Assembly: GCA_049297495.1 (NCBI GenBank)
Contig: JBAQUL010000014.1
Location: forward strand, 6,359 to 70,358
DNA from: Candidatus Moraniibacteriota bacterium
Lineage (GTDB): Bacteria; Patescibacteriota; Minisyncoccia; Moranbacterales; UBA2206
Length of the DNA stretch: 64,000 nucleotides
Reading direction: 5' to 3'
The notes beneath the pieces are model-generated. The model did not search any database. It saw nothing but the letters and a program-made list of their open reading frames with translations, and had not been told where the DNA came from. A program made the translations under genes and the position numbers. Positions 27,256 through 39,200 of this stretch are shown in pieces (the stretch's first letter is position 1; every line of letters begins with the position of its first letter).

Positions 27256-30200
27256 CTAAACCACAATTTTCCTCTTCACAACTCCTCTCTCTTTTAAGGT
27301 AATAGTCTCTTCTTTTTGAGCAAACTGACTGGCATTAGTCATGGTCTTTAGAATGTAGTCTCCCGAGTTAGCCAGTAGAATGTAGCGTCCCTGTTCATCA
27401 GAGATAGTTCTAGCTATCAGTTGTTTGGTGTTACGATCAAGGAGAGAGATGGCGCTAAAAGGTTGCTTGGTGCCTTCTTTGTTGACGACATAGCCCCACT
27501 TGGAACCAAGATGAGTCATATTTCTGATGATGACATTGGCCAGGTAGATGAGTGTGATGAAAAGATTGAGACTAGTGGGGTTGGAGAGCGTGATGAAAAT
27601 GGTGAGAGCAAAACCCAAATAGAAGATAGCAGCAAAGAAGAAGTAGGAGAGGCGCTTGTTTTTGAAAGATTTCTGGTCGGGGTTAGTAGCCTTGAGACAG
27701 AGGTCATAGCAGATGATGCCGGAATCAGTGAAAGTCAGCTTTTTCTTTTCCGGATCAGTCAGGACATTTGTGTAGTAAGTTTTAGCGTCGATGTCATGAC
27801 TGTCAATGACATAGCCACTCTTTTTGATTTCTAGTTGGTATTCGCCCTTGGGAACGAGGAAGTAGTAGCTGCCAAGCTTATCAGTTAATTTTGTTTCTTT
27901 GGTTTTTCCAGTCGCAGCTTCAATCACACTGATGGAAACGAGCGGGATCGGGTCGCCGGTGGCGGAGTCATAGACCGTACCCCACATCTTTTTCTTTTTG
28001 GTTTTAGAAAGCAAACCGAAGAGTCCCAGGGGAAGATCGCGCAGAAGAATAGTCATATTTCGTTTTGCTGCGCGGGCTTGATAGAGTAGCGGAAGGAGTG
28101 AGGTGGAAAGTGCCATGGCCGCGACCGCTTGCGCTTCAGCTTCTTGCTCCTCGGGAATAGCGGGGAAAAGCGGAGGGGCGATGCGCTCCTCTCTATCTTC
28201 GATATTCGCAAGGATCCGTTTCTTTTCTTCTTGCTTTTTTGTTTCAGCTAATTTCTCTTCCTCCTGCTTAGTGGTTTCGGGCGTTGTTGGTTCATTGCTT
28301 GGGTTAGGCGGGATCAGCTCTTCAATTGGCACCGTATTCAATGCAAAGTTCGCCACAGCAAAGATGTTTTTGGTGATACTGGTATCAGTTCTGGGGTTTT
28401 GGACGTTGCCATCACTCCAATCAGTGAAGTGGTAGTTGTTGTCAGGGATAGCGGTGATTGAGGTACCACTCTCCCCTGCTTTTACAGTTTGATTAGCATT
28501 GCCGGAAAGGGTGCCGTTGCCTCCGGAAGTATAGGTGAGGGTGTAGGTTGTGTCTGTGGGAGTTTCTGTGTCGGAAGCAAAGTTGGCGGTGAGAGTGAGA
28601 TCAGCTTTGATGTCAGTATCAGTTCTCACCCTTTCTGTTTTGCCGTCACTCCAGTTAGTGAAGTGATAGTTAGTAGCAGGGAGAGCTTCGACTTCTTCTC
28701 CATCTTCTTTGTATTTCACTGTTTGATTAGCATCTCCTTGGATTGAACCATTGGAGTTGGCATTGTATTTAAGGGTGTATTCCTCTTTTTCAAATTCAGC
28801 GGTGACAGAGAGGTCTTCTTGGATGTTTTTGTCTTTTCTGGGATTACTGTCTTTTCCGTCACTCCATTCTTTGAAGAGATAACCGGTGTTAGGTTTAGCT
28901 TCCACTTCTTTGCCATCTTCGTCATAGCTGATAGTTTGGGTTTCGTCGCCATCAATTTCTCCGTTGCCGTCATCTCGGTATCTTAGAGTGAAAGTGTTTT
29001 TTTCGAAGTTGGCGGTGAGGGTGAGGTCAGTTTGGACGTTGGTATCGGTTCTAGTGGCTGACTCCAGATTGTCACTCCAGCTTACGAAGTGGTAGCCGGT
29101 GTTGGGAGTGGCGGTGACCGGTGTGCCATTGCTGCCGATGGTGACAGTCTGGGGAGTGGTGCCAGTGATGGTGCCGCCTGGGCCGGCGGTGTAGGTGAGG
29201 AGCAGCGCATTGCTAAAGTTGGCACTAACGTTTAGATTGGCTTGGACGTTAGTATCAGTTCTCGGGTTTTGCGTAGAGTTGTCACTCCAGTTCACAAAAC
29301 GATAACCAGCTATGGGAACGGCCGTGATTTGGGTGCCACTTTCTCCATGAGTAACAGTTTGAGAAGTGGTTCCGGTGAGTGATCCATTGGCATTGGCGGA
29401 ATATGTGAGAGTGTAAGAGTTGATGGCAAAGTTAGCGGTGTAGGTCGCATCCGCTTGGATATTGGTATCAGTCCTAGGGTTGTCGATTGAGTTGTCAGAC
29501 CAATCAGTGAAGTGGTAACCAACATTGGGGGTCGCTGTAACTTCCGTACCATCATCACCATAACTGACATTTTGTGGGTTGGTGCCGGTAATGGTTCCGC
29601 CTGAACCGGCGATGTAAGTGAGGATAAGGGCGTTACTGAAGTTAGCGGTAACAGTGATATTGTTTGTTACGTTAGTATCTGTCCTGGGGTTTTCTGTTGA
29701 ATTATCTGACCAGTTGACGAAGTGATAGCCGCTTGCTGGGACAGCAGTAATTTGGGTACCATCTGCTCCATGGTTCACGGTTTGCGGTGTCGTGCCAGTG
29801 AGTGATCCGTTAGCGTCGGCACTGTACATGAGAGTGTAAGAGTTGATCGCAAAGTTAGCAGTGACGGTGAGATTACTTGTTATGTTGGTATCAGTTCTGG
29901 GGTTGTCGGTGGAATTATCAGACCAATCGACAAAGTGGTAGCCGGTGTTGGGGACAGCGCTGACAGCTGTTCCGTCTGATCCGTGATCTATGGTTTGCGG
30001 GGTAGTGCCTGAGATTGTTCCGTTGGTGTCATGATTGTAGGTTAAAGTATAAGTGTCGATGGCAAAACTAGCCACTACGGTGATGTCTCCGGTAACATTG
30101 GTGTCAGTGCGAGCTGGATTGGTGCTGCCGCCATCCCAAGAGACAAAGTGCCAGCCGGGGTTCGGGATAGCAATGACTTCGGTTCCATTGCCTCCATAAT

Positions 30201-33200
30201 TGACTGTTTGGGGAGTGGTACCAGAGATAGTGCCTCCTGTTCCAGGATGGTACGTTAAGGTGTAGGCGTTAATGGCAAAGTTGGCAGTGACGGTAAGATT
30301 GCCAGTCACATTAGTGTCAGTTCTCGGGTTGTCAGTGGAACTGTCGGACCAGTTGACAAAATGATAGTTGGAGTTTGGGACAGCGCTGACAGCTGTTCCG
30401 TCTGCACCATCATTAACTATTTGAGGTGATGTACCAGAAACTCCTCCGTTCGCTCCGGCAGTATAAGTAAGAGTGTGGGTTATGACTGCGTTTTCGGCAA
30501 AGTTAGCAGTGACGGTAATATTGCTGGTAACATTAGTATCGATTCGAGGATTATCAGTATTGCTATCAGACCAATCAACAAAGTGATAGCCCACAGCAGG
30601 AACAGCAACAACTTCTGATCCGTCACCATTTTCAATCACAGATTGAGGAGTTGTTCCTGAGATTGATCCATTAGCTCCGGCAGTATAGGTCAAGGTGTAA
30701 CTCGTAACGCTTCCGAAAGTCCAAAGCTCTCTCCCATTATCACCATTATCAGCCACAAATATTGGCACATTATTAAGATTGACAATCCTGGCATTAGCAT
30801 TTACACCATCACCTCCAACAAAAATATCTTCCACCATCTTCGTTCCAACAGTTGTTCCATCTGATTCCCAAAGTTCGGACCCATGACTCGAAGAACCATC
30901 AGTTGCCTTAAAATACATGATACCATCAACATTGGTCAGCTTACTGGGTTCAGTGGCACCCGCTCCAGAATAGATATCTTTAACTAGGACTGTTCCGCTT
31001 TCAGTTCCATCAGTTTTCCAAAGTTTTCCCGGGTACTGGCCAGCACTAAAATAGAGGCTAACATCGGAAGCGGCATAATTATTTGGGTTGGAAAATGCTC
31101 CCACTGTAATATCCTTTACCAGAACCGTTCCACTTGCGGTGCCATTTGATTTCCAAAGTTCATTGCTATGAACACCATCATCTGCAGCAAAATACACCTC
31201 ATTATTATACACAAAGAGATTATATCCAAAGGACCCATTAGACCCGTCGTAAATATCTTTAACCATTACCGTTCCACCCACTGTACCATCTGATTTCCAA
31301 AGTTCACTGCCATTAATACCATTGCTAGCATTGAAATACAGCGCATTACCGATACTCACTAATGTTTCTATGCCAGAACCATTCGAACCCGGATAAATAT
31401 CCTTGACCATCGTTGTGCCATCACTTGTTCCGTCCGAACGCCACAACTCAGGACCGTTGACATTGTCATTGGCCTTGAAATATAAAATGCCATTCATGCT
31501 GGTGAGCAGATATGGATAGATTGAATCATCTCCCACTCCCGGATAAATATTTTTCACCATCTCCGTTCCACTCTCAGTACCATCTGATTTCCAAAGCTCA
31601 TAGCCATTACCATCATTAGCGGAAAAATAGAAAATGCCATTCACGTCGCCCCTAGCGCTCGCCCAATAATACAAGCCATCTTGCGTACCAATATAAATAT
31701 CTTTCACGAGCACTGTTCCACTTTCTGTGCCGTCTGTTTTCCACAATTCTCTCCCATGCACACCGTCATCAGCCGCAAAATATAGCGTATCGCCCACAAC
31801 GTGGAAAAGACTAGGTGAAGCATAAATTGAATTCCCAAGATTAATATCTTTAACCATGGTAGTTCCAATAATTGTGCCGTCTGTTTTCCAAAGCTCATAG
31901 CCATGAATACCATCGTTAGCAGAAAAATATGTCTCCCCATTAAAGATAGTCAAGTTATCTGGGTATGCACTACCTTTTGTTAGATTCGTATCCCGCACAA
32001 GAACAGTTCCCCCACTTGTGCCATCTGTTTTCCAGGGCTCTTCACCATGATCACCATCACTAGCAGCGAAATACAGTGTTCCACCAGCATCAACCATGCG
32101 TGATGCCAATGAGCCATTAAATCCAGCGAAAATATCTTTCATCATCACTGTTCCCCCTGATGTACCGTTTGATTTCCAAAGCTCCTTCCCATGGACACCA
32201 TCACTGGCCTGAAAATACAATTCTCCCCCAAATCCTCCTGTAATTCTCATGTCACTATAGAAAACCAAAGAAACACCATCAGAAATACCTGGGTTAATGT
32301 CCTTAACCAAGTTAGTGCCAAGATTCGTTCCATCCGACCGCCAAAGCTCATTACCATCAGGACCATCATTGGCAAAGAAATATAATATACCACCAACGTT
32401 GGTCAAGAGACTGGGATAGGAGGAGCCACCAATAACACTGATATCTTTAACAATCGAAGCGCCACTACCATCAGCTTTCCATAACTCAGCACCATGAGAA
32501 TGATGTTGCTCATCAAAAGAATCATAATAATAATCTGTCGCTTGAAAATACAATGCGCCATTCATCGTCTTAAAATAACTCGGATCCGAACCAATCGCTC
32601 CCTCATAGATATCGCCAACTATTGTCGTGCCAGCGCTTGTTCCGTCCGATCTCCACACCTCATCACCAATCGCTCCCGTCCTGGCAACGAAATAGAAAAC
32701 ACCACCAACATTTTCCGCAACCTTAAAACCATTGTTCTTCGCATATCCATAAGTAATAGAATCAAGTCCGCTACTGCTTCCAGCATAAATATCTCTCACC
32801 ATCTCAGTTCCACTAGGCGTTCCATTAGATTTCCAAAGCTCATAACCATTAACACCATCATCTGCCCCAAAATACAAAATTCCGTTGACATCAGTCAGGC
32901 CAAGAATAAATCCACCTGTAGCGCTAGGGTTCGTGTCCTTCACGATCTCAGTTCCAATTTCCGTGCCATCAGATTTCCAAAGAGTGTCGTTACACGCCCA
33001 ATATAAAGATCCACCGCTCGCTACGGGATCTGAATGATCAGCGCAAACTTCAACGCCTGATTTCACCAATACCGTACCAGCTATCGTCCCATCAGATTTC
33101 CACAGTTGATCCTCTGACGCGAAAGTAAGCACTCCATAGAATGCAACTCCATTAACATCAGTTATGTCAATTCTGTCGCTATTCATAAAAGTACCCAGAA

Positions 33201-36200
33201 GCACAGTTCCATCGTGCGTTCCGTCAGAACCCCAAACTTGCATACTATTTCCCGATGTACCTTCCAGTGTGTCACCACCTTTCTCCGTGAAAAAAACCTT
33301 CCCGCCACTTCCTTCCATGCTCCAAATTGTTCCACCAGCATCCGTTGTCTTGTTGATATCAATCATGTACGGATCCCCGAGTATTCTTGTAAAATTAACT
33401 GTAACGGAAATATTGGAATTTATATCAGTGTCCGTTCTGGGATTCTGAGTGGATCCATCACTCCAATCAACAAAACGATAGCCTGCATCCGGAATTGCAG
33501 TTACGACCGTACCATCTCTTCCTGGATTAACTGATTGAGACAGATTGCCCGAAAGAGTCCCTCCGGCTTCTCCGGTATAGCTTAGAGTATAAATAATATT
33601 TGAAAAGGTAGCGGTTACATTAATATTGCCAGTAACGTTAATGTCGGTTCTGGGATTTTGAGTGGATCCATCACTCCAATCAACAAGATGATAGGTAGAA
33701 TCAGGAATTGCCTCAACTGCTGAACCGCTAGCACCATGATTAACAGTCTGTGCTGTTACTCCAGAAAGAGAACCATTGGCCGCAGCAGCATAATTCAACG
33801 AATAAACATTGATTGCAAAATTAGCGGTAACCGCAATATGATTTGTCACGTTCGTATCAGTTCGACTGGCCGTCATCACTCCGTCGCTCCAATCGACAAA
33901 ATGATAACCCGTATCGGAAACGGCAGTAACAGCAGAAGCATCATTACCATCATCAACTACCTGCGGAGAAACACCGGAAATTGTTCCGTTTAATCCGGCG
34001 GTATAGGTTAAAGTGTAGGGAGCAAAAAGAGCCGTGACAGTAATGTTATCCTGAACATTAGTATCGGTTCTTGGATTTTGAGTTGAGCCATCACTCCATC
34101 TCGTGAAATGATATGTCGAATCAGGACTTGCCGTAACCGCGCTACCATCTGCCTCATAGGCAACTGTCTGGGGAGTTGTACCACTAATAGAACCATGCAG
34201 TCCCGCGACATAAGTCAACGTTAAATTTTCTGGAGCAAAATTAGCAGTGACAGAAATATTATTCGTCACGTCCAGATCTGTTCTCGGATTTTGAGTGGAA
34301 CCATCGCTCCAACTGGCAAAATGATAATCTACGTCAGGAATCGCCGTGACCGCCGTTCCATTGGAACGGTAAGCGATAGTTTGAGAAGTTGCGCCAGAAA
34401 GTGTTCCATGCGCTCCTGCGGCATAGCTCAATGTGCGAGTATCATTTTGAAATTCTATCGTAACATCTGAAATTGAGGAGGCATTTCTTCCATCGGACAA
34501 AAGAAAAATTTTATATTGAACATATTGATCATCGGTCTTATCATTCTGAGTATCATCAATCAATTCATCCCCGACAGAATCAGTGAAGTATGTCGTTGAA
34601 CTGCAAGATCCCGCGACGCCATCATTCGGTCCACACCAAGGAGTCCAGTTCGCATTGTCCGGAGAAGTACGAAGCTGAAAATTAATATCAGAACCAGGAA
34701 GCAAAGTTTCATTCCAACGCAACTTTCCCATAATCGCCAGCAGAAGATTCGTGTTATAGCTTGAAGATTGAAGAATTTGATTAGTTGGATAATACTGATA
34801 ATTGAAAGTAATGTCGCTCAAGGTCGGCGTTGCAGTTGTGTCCGTAGTGGCTAAATTCGCACGATACTGAAAATATTGACTTGTACCAAGCGCTGAGATA
34901 CTTGCTCCAGTCGAAACATCAAGTTGCCAATCCGTCCAAGTCCCATCAGGCGTTCCAACACTTCCCGCACGAATATCAATCGTTAGGGTTGTGTTTGCCG
35001 GAGTAGTTTTGGTAAATGCAAGTGTGTCAGGAAAAGATTTTTGACCTGAATCTATGATGGATGAAATGAATGTTCCTGGGGTGCTAAATGTTATCGCGCC
35101 AAAATTAAAATTTGGTCCAGCATCCTTCACTTGAGTTGGTGTGAGTCTTTGTGTCGTGGTCATGTCGCCCAATTGACCATTACCATTATTCCCCCAACAA
35201 TAAACCGTATTGCCTGATTCAAAAGTACAAGAATGTGCATTGCCCGTTGTGACATCGCTAGCACCAGCTAGATTGCCAGATCCACCAACTCCCAAGACTT
35301 GAATTGGAGCTAACTTTTGAACAACAGTATTATCGCCTAGTTGACCATTGGTATTAAGCCCCCAGCAATATGCTGAACCGTCAGATATAGCCGCACATGA
35401 ATAGGCATAACCAGAAGCAATTCGACTAACACCAGCCAAAGTGCCAGCACCGCCCACACCCTTCACTTGGGTTGGGATAAGTCTTTGGGTCGTACTATTA
35501 TCACCCAATCTTCCGTTAGTGTTTAGCCCCCAACAATAAGCCGCACCGTCTGATTTGACAGCGCAAGTATGCGCATCTCCAGCTGAAATTTGATTAACAC
35601 CAGTTAGACTGCCCAATACCTGAACGGGAGCTGGCCTTTGTGTGGTAGAATTATCTCCCAATCGTCCGTTTAAGTTATATCCCCAGCAATAAGCAGTACC
35701 ATCAATTTTTGCGGCGCAAGTATGCGCCATTCCTGCAGAAACCCGACTGACACTTGTTAAGTTTCCCGCACCACCTACGCCCAAAACTTGGATAGGTGCG
35801 TTTCTCTGTGTCGTAGTATTATCTCCCAATTGACCAGTGCCATTACTTCCCCAACAAAAAACTGTATTATCCGTTTTAACAGCGCAAGTATGAAAACTTC
35901 CGGCTTCAACACTACTAACACCCGTCAAAAAGCCACTCCCACCAACTCCCTTCACTTGAACTGGCGTATATCTGATTGAAGTTGTATTGTCTCCAATCTG
36001 GCCACTACTATTACTTCCCCAGCAATAAACTGTGCCATCCGTTTTTAATGCGCAAGAGTGAGAATCTCCCGTTGCTACCTGACTAACGCTGGTTAAATAC
36101 CCAGTTCCGCCAACATCCACCACCTGAACTGGAGCAGATGAACCAGAAGATGAATTATTTCCCAGCTTGCCGCTACTGCCATCTCCCCAGCAATATGCCG

Positions 36201-39200
36201 AGCCATCTGATTTGGCAGCACAACTATGATATGGTCCTGCTGAAATCTGACTCGCGCTTGCGATATCTCCCACCGTTCGCACATATACCGGAGTAGATCT
36301 AGTTGTAACTGAAGTGTCTCCTAGCTGACCGTTGCTATTATATCCCCAACAATAAGCCAAACCATCAGATTTAAGCGCGCAAGTATGAAAAGTTCCCCCT
36401 GCAATTTGCCTGATGTCAGCCAAATTACCAACACCCCCGACGCCCAAAACTTGAACCGGAGTGGTTTTTATTACATTAGTACCATCCCCCAATTGATAAT
36501 AATTATTCCTCCCCCAACAAAAAGTGGAACCATCTGGTTTAACAGCACAAGTATGATATGCCCCCAGAGCTACCTTGCTGACACCTGTCAAAAATCCAGT
36601 TCCTCCCACACCTCTCACCTGAACCGGGGTCAATCGTCCCCAAGGACTCGACCCAACAGTCGTGCCATCTCCCAACTGACCATAATCATTTCCACCCCAA
36701 CAGAAAACCGATTCATCAGATTTGGTAACACAAGAGCTATTACCATTCGACTCTAATTGGGTAGCATCAGTTAAATATCCAACCCCGCCAACTCCCTTAG
36801 TTTGCACCGGGGTTAATGCTTGAATAGTAGAATTATCACCAAGTTGGCCATTACCATTGCCTCCCCAACAAAAAACAGTGCTATCAGACTTAAGCGCGCA
36901 AGCATGCTGATTTCCTGCCGAAATTCGACTCACGTCAGTCAAATTACCCGTTCCGCCAACACCTAGCACTTGCGTTGGTGTAAGCTTTCGCGCGACAGTA
37001 TTATCACCTAATTGACCAGTGCCATTATAGCCCCAGCAATAAACTGAACCATCGGATTTAAGGGCGCAAGTATGAGAACTTCTTGCAACAATCTGACTGA
37101 CTCCGGCCAAAGTATCAACTCCATCAACTCCTAATACTTGAACAGGAGCGGTTCTTTGCACCAGAGAATTATCTCCTAATTGTCCATTATTGTTTCCACC
37201 CCAGCAATAAACTGAACCGTCGGATTTAAGGGCGCACGTATGAGTATACCCTGCCGCAATTTGAACTATACTGGTCAAGTTTCCTGAGCCGCCCACACCA
37301 ACTACTTGTACAGGAACATATCTATCTCCAGTAGTATTGTCGCCCAAATAACCACTAGTATTACTCCCCCAACAAAAAACCGTGCCATCTGGTTTAAGAG
37401 CGCAAGTATGTGTATCGCCTTCAACCACCTGATTAACCGTACCTAAGAGACTTACAGCCGAATTACTACTTTGCGTATTAGAGTTAGTTCCCGCATTAAA
37501 ATCCGCATTAGTGGTTTGAATTTCTGAGCCACCTTTTGATTGAAGTAATAACTCTGTTGTCGCTGCAATATCGCCATCCTTGCTTGAATATTCAGTCCAA
37601 TTTTGGGCATTGCCGGCATGACTCGCAATATCGCTTGACACTCCTCCGATCCAACTAGTCTGCGTCCACGCTTCATGCAAATCATCAATACCGATTGAAA
37701 AATTAGCCGTAACATTAACGTCGCCAGTTATATTGATATCCGTCCTACTAGCTGAAGTTGCCCCATCGCTCCAATTAAAGAAATGATAACCAGTATCAGG
37801 AACTGCGACTACGGTTGAACCACTTGACCCATAATTAACAGTTTGTGGTGAAGTGCCAGTGAAAGTTCCGTTGGGACCGGCGGTGTATGTCAAGGTATGC
37901 GAGTTAATCGCAAAATTAGCGCTAACCGAAAGATTACTTATCACATCCGTGTCCGTTCTGGGATTTTGCGTTGAACTATCGCTCCAGTCGACAAAGTGAT
38001 AGCCCACACTAGGAACAGCTGTAACCGCAGAACCATCCGACCCACGATCGACTGTTTGCGGTGAAGTACCAGAAATTGTTCCATTAGCGCCTGCAACATA
38101 AGTCAATGTATAGGTATCGATTGCAAAATTTGCGGTAAAAGTATTGCTAACTTGAACGTTAGTGTCTGTTCTAGGATTTTGCGTTGAACTATCGCTCCAA
38201 TTAACAAAGTGATAGTTCGCGTTAGGAACAGCCGTAACAGCAGAACCATTACCATCAAAAATAATTGACTGAGAATAGTCGCCAACTATCGTTCCATTGG
38301 AATCTGCAACGTATGTTAACGTGTAAACATTGGAAAAATTAGCAGTCACATTGATATTGCTTGTCACATTAGTGTCTGTTCTAGGATTTTGAGTAGAACC
38401 ATCATTCCAATCTACAAAATAATATCCGCTATCAGGATTTGCGGTGACCGCCGTCCCGCTACCGCCATCGATAATAGTTTGAGGAGATGTCCCAGAAATA
38501 GATCCATTAGATCCAGCCGTGTACGTTAAAGTTCGAAACACAACAGTAGTGTCCAGCGACATTAGTTCAGATCCATTCACGCCGTTATTTCCTGAAAAAA
38601 ACAAGTATTGATCTTTTTTCGTAAAGTTTTCTATCTCGGAGACGGTATTATCAACCTGTATTGTATTGGAACCGTCCGTCTTCCAAATATGACTGTCCCA
38701 CCAGTTCCCGGTATCAAAATATGAGAAATATAAAACATCATTCATGTCAATCATTTCATCACAACCCGCAGTGCTTGTACCACCCATCACAAGCGTAGCG
38801 CCTCCGCTATCAATTTTCCAAAGACCATTATTGCCAACACTGGAATTATAGATAAGCGTATATAGAGCGCCATTTGAGATGACATTGCTGTCTGGATATG
38901 AGTCACCCACCCCCAAGTTAACATCTTCCAATAGGACTGTTCCGCCTTCGGTACCATCAGATTTCCAAAGCTCTCCACCATGAACACCGTCATCAGCAAA
39001 AAAATACAGATTACCATCAAATACTACAAAATCACAGGGATCGCCGTCACTCGTTCCTGGATTAATATCCTTTACCAGTACAGATCCTGATGCCGTGCCA
39101 TCAGATTTCCAAAGTTCATATCCATGCTCAGCATCAGTGGCTTCGAAAAATAGACTTCCATTAAAGACGATAAAATTATAAGGATCAAGACTGGAATCAC

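Noticed and set aside
28103-38285. Multiple 60-170-aa ORFs on the plus strand inside the giant gene (e.g. 32494-33006, 36385-36756)
   Set aside because: They are antisense to a continuous 12.6-kb ORF with clear domain repeats, and are low-complexity shadow ORFs generated by the repetitive sequence.
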